This document shows, piece after piece, positions 7,051 through 14,963 of a stretch of 20,000 bases of DNA. Origin of the DNA: an uncultured virus (IMG/VR IMGVR_UViG_3300025309_000012) (taxonomy: Duplodnaviria; Heunggongvirae; Uroviricota; Caudoviricetes); IMG/VR virus record IMGVR_UViG_3300025309_000012; one strand, given 5' to 3'. The notes under the pieces were generated by a model. The model saw only the letters and a program-made list of their open reading frames with translations, had not been told where the DNA came from and did no database searches. The translations under genes were made by a program, and so were the position numbers. Each line of letters begins with the position of its first letter. Position 1 is the stretch's first letter.

Positions 7051-7165
7051 GTATGATTTAAGACGTTTTCAAACTTCAATGCCTGTACATACCAGGATAT
7101 TTTAAATCAAGCTGTATGGTGGGTTTAAAGGCCTGCAATCAACTAATAACTAGTGAGGTGAGGTT

Positions 7166-7434
7166 ATGACTAGTTCAGAATTAAAATATAGGCATGAAAC
7201 AAATAACCCCGGTTCATGTTTTTCACCCGAAATAATATGAAATTTGCTGGTGATACCATGAAAAATTATGGTGTTCGTGAATCAGCGGTAATTACGAACT
7301 ATGACAATAACGGCGATTATACCGAATCAGGGATTGTTATTGAATGCTGGGAATTATATCGCCGCAAGCCTGTAAAACATGGATTGTCAAAGAGTGCGTT
7401 TTTCAACAAAATTACTTTCAAAGTTGTTAAATAA
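7166..7434 (+). CDS. hypothetical phage protein with apparent 1-nt deletion in the T-run at 7219-7223
   Basis: GAGGTGAGG RBS precedes ATG 7166 (MTSSELKYRHETNNPGSC), which joins the track ORF FFTRNNMKFAGDTMKNYGVR... if one T is added. Confidence 0.7.
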
Positions 7435-7580
7435 CAAATTGAAACGGTTTCATGTTCAAGGTTTGTAAGGTATTGATATTATTAGCGCGTGTTTGCATCA
7501 TTTGCATGTTTTAATTATAAGAGTTAATGAATTTTCAATCTTCTTGACTCTGATTAAAACCAAACCTTAAAGGAGAGATT

Positions 7581-7748
7581 ATGAAGATCAATGAAATTAT
7601 GGCAATGACACACAAAGAATTTGCAGTTAAGATCAAGACTTTTAAAGCGAGCTGTGAAAAGGCTGGTGTTGAACCTACAAAGCGACAGGCCAGCAAATAC
7701 AGGCTCAAGAAGGGCAAAGCATATATGGCTAAAGAGGCGAGCAAATGA
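7581..7748 (+). CDS. small basic protein (MKINEIMAMTHKEF...PTKRQASKYRLKKGKAY, 55 aa)
   Basis: Hand-translated; AAAGGAG RBS; replaces overlapping spurious track ORFs. Confidence 0.8.
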   Translation: MKINEIMAMTHKEFAVKIKTFKASCEKAGVEPTKRQASKYRLKKGKAYMAKEASK

Positions 7749-7749
7749 G

Positions 7750-7784
7750 GCCATGGCAGCTTGCTCTTGTCTTTGCCATGGTTT
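7750..7784 (+). terminator. possible terminator or stem-loop
   Basis: CCATGGCA...TGCCATGG stem followed by TTT, right after the stop at 7748; loop is large. Confidence 0.35.
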
Positions 7785-7853
7785 ATGCCCTTGCAAGCTA
7801 TGTCGAGTTCTGTTTGTAATAGTTGTGTATACACAATTGAAAAGGAGAATGCT

Positions 7854-7934
7854 ATGAAGCTAAGTCTTGCGGGCTGGTTCTGGTTGTCTTACTTTGCTCT
7901 GATTTTATTTTTGTTAAAATTTTGCTATAACTGA
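7854..7934 (+). CDS. small hydrophobic peptide (26 aa)
   Basis: MKLSLAGWFWLSYFALILFLLKFCYN; AAAGGAG RBS. Confidence 0.55.
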   Translation: MKLSLAGWFWLSYFALILFLLKFCYN

Positions 7935-8086
7935 ATTTGTATGAATTTTTTGTATTGCATAAAACGCAATAATAATTGTTTCGTGTTGCGTGAAGTGAAA
8001 TACCATATAACGGGAATTGTATGACGGGCCTATACAGGATATTTTCTTGTTATAAAACTTTGAAATAAACTCTAAAAGGGGCGGAT

Positions 8087-8215
8087 ATGAAGTATTACAT
8101 TATTTTTTGCACTTCTTCTAACAACTTAATTTGTTTCACTTCTTCATACTCTAGCCATATTGAAGAAATTTTTGACGTTATCCAAGCTGAAAATATCTAT
8201 GAATTCAACTGTTAA
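8087..8215 (+). CDS. small hypothetical protein (42 aa)
   Basis: Hand-translated MKYYIIFCTSSNNLICF...; AAGGGG RBS. Confidence 0.5.
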   Translation: MKYYIIFCTSSNNLICFTSSYSSHIEEIFDVIQAENIYEFNC

Positions 8216-8236
8216 AAATAAAATAAAGGCAATATC

Positions 8237-8608
8237 ATGACCACTTACATTGATATAACGGGTTCTAATATCAAAACCGGGCCTTGGATTCACAAGGTAA
8301 GTACTAAAGCCTTTACATTCAAAACCGTTAATGGCATTAGGTTTGCCATAACTGAAAACAACTACTACCTTGATACTAAAGCCGATAAGATCAGATATCA
8401 GTTTATGTCTTGTGCTGGTTGTTCATGGAAACATAGTTATGTCATTTATATGGAAGTAAGACCTAATGTTTTTGTTTATTTTATTCAATGCACTGAATAC
8501 GATCTTGATATGAGGATAAAGCAATGCTCTGATGTTTATCACAATTATGATTATCCAAACAATTTTGAAGTAGATGCATATATAAATCAATTGCAGAGAA
8601 AGGTATGA
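8237..8608 (+). CDS. hypothetical protein
   Basis: ORF track, 123 aa; AAGG RBS. Confidence 0.75.
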   Translation: MTTYIDITGSNIKTGPWIHKVSTKAFTFKTVNGIRFAITENNYYLDTKADKIRYQFMSCAGCSWKHSYVIYMEVRPNVFVYFIQCTEYDLDMRIKQCSDVYHNYDYPNNFEVDAYINQLQRKV

Positions 8609-8814
8609 TTATGAAAATTATTGCCATTGCTTGTAATGACAGATTTTTTACTATAGGCAAAACTAGGAGAAAAATTATTACAAGCAATGGTTGCAATGAA
8701 CCTTGTAAGAACAGATTTTATTGCCCGAAACGAAATTGGCTTATGTTAGAAAAATGTCCGTTCCTGAATTTGAACGAATGCAATAATTTTGTCAAAATGT
8801 GTGGGAAAATTTAG
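8605..8814 (+). CDS. small Cys-rich hypothetical protein
   Basis: ORF track; ATGA overlap with the upstream gene; 7 Cys. Confidence 0.7.
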   Translation: MIMKIIAIACNDRFFTIGKTRRKIITSNGCNEPCKNRFYCPKRNWLMLEKCPFLNLNECNNFVKMCGKI

Positions 8815-8952
8815 CTATAACCGAAAAGACGTGAATTTTATTTTATCAGTTTTTATAACAATTTGTGGAAAACTGGCTATAACTGAAAGGACGTGAATTC
8901 ATGGCTTATTTATAACCGGTTTTAATTATTTTGTTATAACCTTGTTTTTATC

Positions 8953-8980
8953 TTGATTTTATTTGTTTTTGGTGTATAAT
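8953..8980 (+). promoter_or_regulatory. sigma70-type promoter
   Basis: TTGATT-16 nt-TATAAT upstream of the AAAGGAG RBS at about 9004. Confidence 0.6.
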
Positions 8981-9016
8981 TTTAAATAAGATAAACAAAA
9001 ATTAAAGGAGAAAGTT

Positions 9017-9284
9017 ATGAAGAATGAAAGATATATTGTAGTAAACAGAAGTTATTGGCAAAAAGTGATCCTTCTATTAAAGCAAGCATTTATGGTGCTG
9101 TACCTTATTTGTCAGAAGAAGACCAGCTGGATTGGGAAATAAAAGAAAACGGATATAATATCATAAACACAAAAAATAATTGTGTTTATGGTAATTCATA
9201 TTTCCCTTATTACTGGACAAAAAGGAAGCTCAGGATATCTGCGATAAGAGAAATCAATTAAAATTTAAAAGGAGAAAATTATGA
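9017..9284 (+). pseudogene. phage gene with two apparent 1-nt deletions (about 9060 and 9203)
   Basis: RBS+ATG gives MKNERYIVVNRSYWQK; the next frame gives SDPSIKASIYGAVPYLSEEDQLDWEIKENGY...; a third frame gives LLDKKEAQDICDKRNQLKFKRRKL*, overlapping the next ATG. Confidence 0.6.
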
Positions 9285-10159
9285 AAACTGATTATTCAGA
9301 ACTTAAAGGCGAGGAAGTAATTTTTATTAATGACGCAGGGGAAGATGAACCTCAAGAGGTGTTAGATTCGTATTTCATCGACATTGAAGAGTTCGATGAA
9401 TTTTACAATGAAAGCACATCATTGTGCGTAGTTAGTGCTCGTAAGGGTATGGGGAAATCTGCTCTCTTGTCTCGCTTAGAATATAAACTTCGTAATTCAA
9501 GCGATTATGAGAACCCAATTATTGTCAGATCCACAGGAAATGCACTGCTTGGGTTGGGTGATTTTCAAGGTAAAGATCAAGCATATTTAGAAAATTATTG
9601 GAAGCAAATTGTCTGTAAGAAAATCAATATTGAGATTGGTAAGCTCATTGGATTTGCTTTGGCAGATAACGAAATATCAATGGTTGAGGCAGCAGAGCTT
9701 GAAGGAATTAAGAGCAAAAACCTTGTTGGTGCTCTTGTGTCTAGAATTAAAGGAAAAATTCCGTATTTAAATTTAGAACTGAAAAAAAGCATACCTGATA
9801 ACTGGGAACAGTTACTTAAGACGTACCAGGAAAGTCACAGTAAATCAGCGGTTTGGGTTTTAATAGACGACATTGATGCGAAATATTTAGATACTGAAGA
9901 GTATCAAATTAGGATTGGTTCTTTTTTTAGTGCTATAAGAGGACTTGTCCATGATGTTAAAAATTTAAATATTCGTGTAACAGTGAGAACGGATGTTTGG
10001 CACAATCTAAGATATCTTGAGGATTTGGATAAATTGGAACAGTATTTGATTGAAATAAACTGGACCAAAAATAGAACGAAAGAAATGCTTGCAAAGCGCA
10101 TATCATCAAATGCATTCAAAGCGGCAAATATGATGTTGGGGAAAGGAAAAAATTTGTAG
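9281..10159 (+). CDS. chimeric ORF: phage N-terminus fused to a truncated bacterial-type P-loop ATPase (Sll1717-like/STAND-related)
   Basis: Walker A ARKGMGKS, Walker B VWVLIDDID, VTVRTDVW sensor-like motif, NDAGEDE..LDSYF leader; ends abruptly after KEMLAKRI. Confidence 0.75.
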   Translation: MKTDYSELKGEEVIFINDAGEDEPQEVLDSYFIDIEEFDEFYNESTSLCVVSARKGMGKSALLSRLEYKLRNSSDYENPIIVRSTGNALLGLGDFQGKDQAYLENYWKQIVCKKINIEIGKLIGFALADNEISMVEAAELEGIKSKNLVGALVSRIKGKIPYLNLELKKSIPDNWEQLLKTYQESHSKSAVWVLIDDIDAKYLDTEEYQIRIGSFFSAIRGLVHDVKNLNIRVTVRTDVWHNLRYLEDLDKLEQYLIEINWTKNRTKEMLAKRISSNAFKAANMMLGKGKNL

Positions 10160-10220
10160 ATCAAAGTAATTGCAAGGGCAATCTCCAGTGCTCATTTAAA
10201 TAACGGCAATGGGTGAAGTC

Positions 10221-10418
10221 ATGAATATAAAATTGTATTGTAAAAGTATGGGGAAAATTTTTAGAGTAACCAAAGTCGCTTTAAATGATCAAGAAGCAAA
10301 TGATTATTGCTCAAAACATAAAGATCAAGGAGTAATAGCAGTAGACAATAAAAATGGCCTGGTTTATATCGCTGAGTTCTATTCTTCTAAAGTTCCATCA
10401 AGCGTATTGCCTGACTAA
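10221..10418 (+). CDS. hypothetical protein
   Basis: ORF track 10209-10418; GGGTGA RBS favours ATG 10221. Confidence 0.75.
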   Translation: MNIKLYCKSMGKIFRVTKVALNDQEANDYCSKHKDQGVIAVDNKNGLVYIAEFYSSKVPSSVLPD

Positions 10419-10483
10419 AACAAAAGATATACTTTGAAAATAAATCTATAACTGAAATAACGTGAATTTTTTGGAGGTGATAA

Positions 10484-12094
10484 ATGAGCATTAACGGCCT
10501 TATCAAAGAAATAAAAGCAAGCAATCAAGACTTTGAATTCTATCCCACGACCAATGAGATTATTGATTTGATCAGAACAGACTTAAAAGAACCTTATAAG
10601 GAAGGGATTTTCAAATCTGTTTTAGATTGTGGAGCTGGAAACGGTCAGACTTTAGATAAATTGACAGATGGCGACAAATACGCCATTGAAAAATCAGAAA
10701 TACTTATTAGCGCAATGCCTGCTAATATTTTCATAGTAGGTACTGAATTTTTTGAAAACTCGCTAATTGATAAAAAAGTCGATGTAGTTTTCTGCAATCC
10801 TCCATATAGTCAGTACCGGGAATGGGCGGTAAAGATTATTAATGAAGCAAATTGCAATTGTATTTACTTGGTATTGCCTGAAAGATGGAAAAACCAGCCC
10901 GAAATAAAAGCTTGTATTGAAGGCAGAAAAGCAAGTTTTAAAGTATTAGGAAATTTCGATTTTCTTGAAGCTGATAGAAAATCGAAAGCAAAAGCAGATG
11001 TTATTAAAATTAGTTTAAATACGATTTCAAGGTATAGTAATTCTGCTAGCCCGGACATAGATCCTTTCAGTTTATGGGTAGAAAAAACGTTTCCTATTAA
11101 CAGTCAAAAAACAAATTTAAAAGAACAAGAACAGAAATTTAGAGAAAAAATAAATGAATTAGTACCAGGCCGTGGACTTGCAAACACTTTAGTCAGTTTG
11201 TATCAAAATGAACTCAATGTTTTGCAGACTAATTTTGCTAACATATCGGGCCTTGATTTTACAATTTTTTCTGAGTTGAAAATTGATTTTGCCTCAATTG
11301 TTCATTTGCTAAAATCAAGGATTGTAAATTTGAAAACTAAATACTGGCGTGAACTTTTTGACCATTTTGAGCCAGTAACAAATAGGCTTACATCTGCAAG
11401 CAGAAAAGCTTTACTTGACACATTGACTAAAAATATCGGCGTTGATTTTAATGAAAACAATATTTATGCCGTAACTTTGTGGGCGATTAAAAACGCTAAT
11501 CATTATTTTGATCAGCAATTAATTGACGTTTATGTAGGCTTGTCTAAAAAAGCGAATTGCATTAAATACAAGTCAAATCTGAATACGTGGGAAAATGATC
11601 ATTGGCGATTTAACGAAATATATAGAGACGGCAAAGCAGGCTCTTATTGCCTTGATTATCGTTGTGTGCTTGAGTTCTACAACACATTTGATACTAGCAG
11701 CTATGGGCAATATGATTACCCCAAAGGGCTTAAAAACAGTGTTCACGACGCTATTAATGATATTATCGCCATAGCTAAAAATTTAGGCTTTGCTTGTAAT
11801 AGTTCTGAAAATAGTTTAAACAAAGACTGGAAACCAGGGCAAAGCAATGATTTTTATATGAATGATGGCAAGATCTTGATGAATGTCAGGGCATATAAAA
11901 ACGGAAACATTCATTTTAAATTTGATCAAAAGTTTTTGAAAAGCTTGAATATAGAATTCGGTAGACTAAAGGGATGGCTTAGGAATGCGAAACAAGCCAG
12001 TCAAGAAATGGATATAACAGAGACAGAGGCTAAAAAATATTTCAAAACCAATTTTAGCCTTGAATATTCAGCGGTTAAAAGTATTACTAATTAA
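10484..12094 (+). CDS. SAM-dependent amino-DNA methyltransferase with DUF4942-like C-terminal domain
   Basis: DFEFYPT, motif I VLDCGAGNG, motif IV FCNPPY; C-terminal RAYKNGNIHFKF...LNIEFGRLKGW typical of DUF4942 proteins. Confidence 0.85.
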   Translation: MSINGLIKEIKASNQDFEFYPTTNEIIDLIRTDLKEPYKEGIFKSVLDCGAGNGQTLDKLTDGDKYAIEKSEILISAMPANIFIVGTEFFENSLIDKKVDVVFCNPPYSQYREWAVKIINEANCNCIYLVLPERWKNQPEIKACIEGRKASFKVLGNFDFLEADRKSKAKADVIKISLNTISRYSNSASPDIDPFSLWVEKTFPINSQKTNLKEQEQKFREKINELVPGRGLANTLVSLYQNELNVLQTNFANISGLDFTIFSELKIDFASIVHLLKSRIVNLKTKYWRELFDHFEPVTNRLTSASRKALLDTLTKNIGVDFNENNIYAVTLWAIKNANHYFDQQLIDVYVGLSKKANCIKYKSNLNTWENDHWRFNEIYRDGKAGSYCLDYRCVLEFYNTFDTSSYGQYDYPKGLKNSVHDAINDIIAIAKNLGFACNSSENSLNKDWKPGQSNDFYMNDGKILMNVRAYKNGNIHFKFDQKFLKSLNIEFGRLKGWLRNAKQASQEMDITETEAKKYFKTNFSLEYSAVKSITN

Positions 12095-12103
12095 GGAGAG
12101 ATT

Positions 12104-12445
12104 ATGAAAGTTAAATGCATTAATAACATTGATATGAAAGGTATTTTAGAAATTGGCAAAATATATACAGTCGAGAAGGAAGAAGGTAGATATTATCATC
12201 TTAAAGAAACGTTAAACATAGGCGGCTGTTATTGGAAAACTAGATTTGAAAAGGTAAGGGATGATAAAACAAACAGCAATTCAATTACCAAGAAAGATAT
12301 TCGATACCTGAATTTATTCACCAGACAAGAACTACGTAATTATGCTAAAAAACTAGGGGTTAGAATAGGAAGAGACAAAAGAGATACAATTAGGAACCTA
12401 ATTTCTTCCGGTCTTGCCTATGTCACAATCAAACTAGGTGATTAA
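12104..12445 (+). CDS. SH3-like (DUF6501-like) module plus basic C-terminal domain
   Basis: MKVKCINN...LEIGKIYTV...RFEKV followed by TRQELRNYAKKLGV (SAP/Rho-N-like helix). Confidence 0.8.
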   Translation: MKVKCINNIDMKGILEIGKIYTVEKEEGRYYHLKETLNIGGCYWKTRFEKVRDDKTNSNSITKKDIRYLNLFTRQELRNYAKKLGVRIGRDKRDTIRNLISSGLAYVTIKLGD

Positions 12446-12446
12446 A

Positions 12447-12584
12447 GTGAATGCACTGATATTGCTTATATCTCTTATTTGTTTAATTAATTCTGTTTTT
12501 GCCAATAATATCAATTGTTGTCTTAGTTATGGCATAGCTTTTATATTCTCAATGCTTTATTTTATGGAAAGGGCGAAGAAATGA
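12447..12584 (+). CDS. small two-TM membrane protein (45 aa)
   Basis: GTG start; MNALILLISLICLINSVF...GIAFIFSMLYF; ATGA overlap with the next gene. Confidence 0.5.
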   Translation: MNALILLISLICLINSVFANNINCCLSYGIAFIFSMLYFMERAKK

Positions 12585-13033
12585 AAACGATTATTGTTAT
12601 TACTATGTGTTTGTTATCCGGTTGTAGTGTTATAGATAAAAAATCTTTATTCACTGACTTGAATTCAGTACAAGATGAGAAAACAGCAAATGCTTTGATT
12701 TGTGAAGGGAATTTCTTTGAAGTTGGTTTTGATTGTGCTGAATTAACCGGACATTATAAATGGCTACACCCTATGATAGCTATATATTTAGGATGCACTG
12801 TTAATTGGTATCAGCAAGATAAGATTACAAAATCAGTTGTTATTACTTCAAACGATTTAACCACTAATCATGAAATCGGACATATTAGAGGCAGAAAGGA
12901 CAATTTTAAAACAGGAATCGAAAGTCAAGATCCTGAGGTTATTAAGAAATATACAGAACTGGCAAGAAATATAGAGGCTAAGTATATTAGTGAAGGTAAA
13001 TGCATGGGAATAAATGAATATTTATTAAAATAA
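12581..13033 (+). CDS. putative lipoprotein with zinc-metalloprotease motif
   Basis: Signal peptide with lipobox LSGC; HEIGHIRGRKD = HExxHxxGxxD. Confidence 0.75.
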   Translation: MKTIIVITMCLLSGCSVIDKKSLFTDLNSVQDEKTANALICEGNFFEVGFDCAELTGHYKWLHPMIAIYLGCTVNWYQQDKITKSVVITSNDLTTNHEIGHIRGRKDNFKTGIESQDPEVIKKYTELARNIEAKYISEGKCMGINEYLLK

Positions 13034-13036
13034 ATC

Positions 13037-13065
13037 TTGCAAAATAAGTTAAAATAGATTAAGAT
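13037..13065 (+). promoter_or_regulatory. sigma70-type promoter
   Basis: TTGCAA-17 nt-TAAGAT upstream of 13110. Confidence 0.5.
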
Positions 13066-13109
13066 AAATCAACATTGAAACAAAATAAATTTTAACAAAG
13101 GAGAAAGCT

Positions 13110-13652
13110 ATGATATTTGAAATTAAACACAAATTTTCTTTTAAAATTTTATTTTCTGGTGAATTTAAATCAATTAAAGATTGTCTGGTTACTGCAAACC
13201 TGCAAGGTGCAAACCTGCAATATGCAAACCTGCAAGGTGCAAACCTGCAATATGCAAACCTGCAAGATGCAGACCTGCAAGATGCAAACCTGCAAGGTGC
13301 AAACCTGCGATATGCAAACCTGCGATATGCAAACCTGCAATATGCAAACCTGCGATATGCAAACCTGCGATATGCAAACCTGCAAGATGCAGACCTGCAA
13401 TATGCAGACCTGCAATATGCAGACCTGCAATATGCAGACCTGCAATATGCAAACCTTGATTTTTCCTGTCTGCATCTTGCCTGCAAAACATTTAATGTAA
13501 AATGGAGTGATAAGCATATATTTCAATTTATCGCCCATATAACTAGGAGTAATGTTGAAAATTTATCTGATAATGCTAGGGAAGCAATTTTAGCATTAGA
13601 CAAATGGAAAAATGATTTTTGCAATTATAGAACAGATATTAAAAAAATTTAA
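13110..13652 (+). CDS. pentapeptide repeat protein
   Basis: About 17-18 A(N/D)L(Q/R)x repeats between phage-type N- and C-terminal segments. Confidence 0.93.
   Translation: MIFEIKHKFSFKILFSGEFKSIKDCLVTANLQGANLQYANLQGANLQYANLQDADLQDANLQGANLRYANLRYANLQYANLRYANLRYANLQDADLQYADLQYADLQYADLQYANLDFSCLHLACKTFNVKWSDKHIFQFIAHITRSNVENLSDNAREAILALDKWKNDFCNYRTDIKKI
13194..13457 (+). repeat. 15 bp tandem repeat GCARACCTGCRADRT
   Basis: Coding repeat of the pentapeptide protein. Confidence 0.95.
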
Positions 13653-13666
13653 TAAAGGAGAAAATT

Positions 13667-14635
13667 ATGTCTGCTAATATGAAAAGAAAAATGTTTGCGT
13701 CTAAAACGAAAAATCCTTGGTGGTCTTTGGGGTCAGAATCTTTCGTTTTTGAAGATGTAAGTAATGAAGAGTTGTTTCATTTATCCAAGGCCGATTTTCC
13801 AGTTAAACTCGTTAACCTTGATCAGTATAATGAAAAGTTCAAGGATTATTATTTGCTGGTTAATGAAGTTACCGGAGATGTGCTTAGGCAATGCAAGGGC
13901 AGACTCCAGCCCATGCAGGCGCTGACATTTTTCAATAAAATAACTCAGCTCGGGAATATAACTGATATTGGCGCAATCGGAAACGGGGAAAAAGTTTTCT
14001 TCAGCCTTGATGCAGGAGAGTTTAGCATAGGCGAGGGCAATACACATAAAACCTTCATTAATGCCGTCTTGCCGCATGACGGCACGATGAAAGTAACGCT
14101 TGGGACGGGTGATTTTAGAATTGAATGTCAAAACACCTTCAATGCCTGGAAGAAAAGTTTGAAAGAAGGTGAATTTTTAGCAGCAAAGCAAACTGCTACG
14201 GCAGAGGGAAAGGTTGACAAATGGGTAAAAACTTTCCTTGAAATGCAGGAAGAAAGTAAAAATTTGCGCCTGAATTTTCTCAAGCTGGCAAAAATGAAAT
14301 TTAGTCCCGATAGCCAGGCCCAGATCATTCAAAAGCTTTTTGACGAAAAAGATAACACCAGATCGTTGAATCAGCAAAAAATGCTTGCTCAAATAATCGG
14401 AGATAATGCAAGTAAAATTCCCAGCTCTCAAAGAGGAACAGGTTATGACATTTTCAACGGCGTGACTTATCTCACAAGCCATGAAAGCGTGATTAAGAAA
14501 AATACGGATAGACTTGAAGCTGTTTTGTTTGGTACAGCCCAAAAGTTTGCCGAAAAAGCTTTCAATATAATTCTTGGATCTGTTCCCGATGAAGTTATTG
14601 AAGAGCGTGAATTTGCAAGAACAATCACAGTTTAA
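13667..14635 (+). CDS. DUF932 family protein (phage/plasmid TIGR03299-like)
   Basis: PWWSLG, GAIGNGEKVF, HDGT, RIECQNT and GTGYDIFNGVTYLTSH motifs. Confidence 0.85.
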   Translation: MSANMKRKMFASKTKNPWWSLGSESFVFEDVSNEELFHLSKADFPVKLVNLDQYNEKFKDYYLLVNEVTGDVLRQCKGRLQPMQALTFFNKITQLGNITDIGAIGNGEKVFFSLDAGEFSIGEGNTHKTFINAVLPHDGTMKVTLGTGDFRIECQNTFNAWKKSLKEGEFLAAKQTATAEGKVDKWVKTFLEMQEESKNLRLNFLKLAKMKFSPDSQAQIIQKLFDEKDNTRSLNQQKMLAQIIGDNASKIPSSQRGTGYDIFNGVTYLTSHESVIKKNTDRLEAVLFGTAQKFAEKAFNIILGSVPDEVIEEREFARTITV

Positions 14636-14646
14636 AGGAGAAAGCT

Positions 14647-14957
14647 ATGAAAGATTTTACGCCAGGGGTAAAGATTGAATATTGTCCAAATGAAAATTAT
14701 ATTAGCTTGCATTTAAGATATAAGATGGTAGATAACAAAGTTTTTGTTAGTTCTGATTTGTCAGATAGTATTAAAATAGAAACTCTTCCTAATTTGCCTA
14801 AAGCTATTTTATCTCAATTCTTGATATAAATGGAGTTAAAAGTATATCAATTCAGTCTTATGAGATAACAATTGTAAAAGCTCAGGCTTACAGTTGGGAA
14901 GAATTGTCATCTAAAATTAAACTTATTCTTTCAACCTATTTACCGGTCGAAAAGTGA
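14647..14957 (+). pseudogene. NifU/Nfu N-terminal-domain-like protein with 1-nt frameshift at about 14816
   Basis: IEYCPNENYISLH...LPKAILSQ continues in the -1 frame as ILDINGVKSISIQSYEITIVKAQAYSWEELSSKIKLIL*, matching the Nfu_N pattern (GVKSV..ITVTK..W.EL). Confidence 0.7.
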
Positions 14958-14963
14958 GGCATT

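Noticed and set aside
5387..7857. Track ORFs 5387-5620, 5868-6059, 6198-6398, 7535-7834, 7554-7796 and 7621-7857
   Set aside because: No RBS; they overlap better-supported short + strand genes (5368, 5926, 6282, 7581) or regulatory elements.
8811..8940. Integron attC sites (TATAAC ... GTTATA)
   Set aside because: No extended R''-L''-L'-R' palindrome and no integrase in the window; kept only as an unexplained motif.
13194..13457. Possible CRISPR array
   Set aside because: Contiguous 15 bp coding repeats with no unique spacers.
13049..13538. Five additional ORFs in other frames over the pentapeptide gene
   Set aside because: They are by-products of a stop-free 15 bp tandem repeat. Only 13110-13652 has an RBS and a known repeat type.
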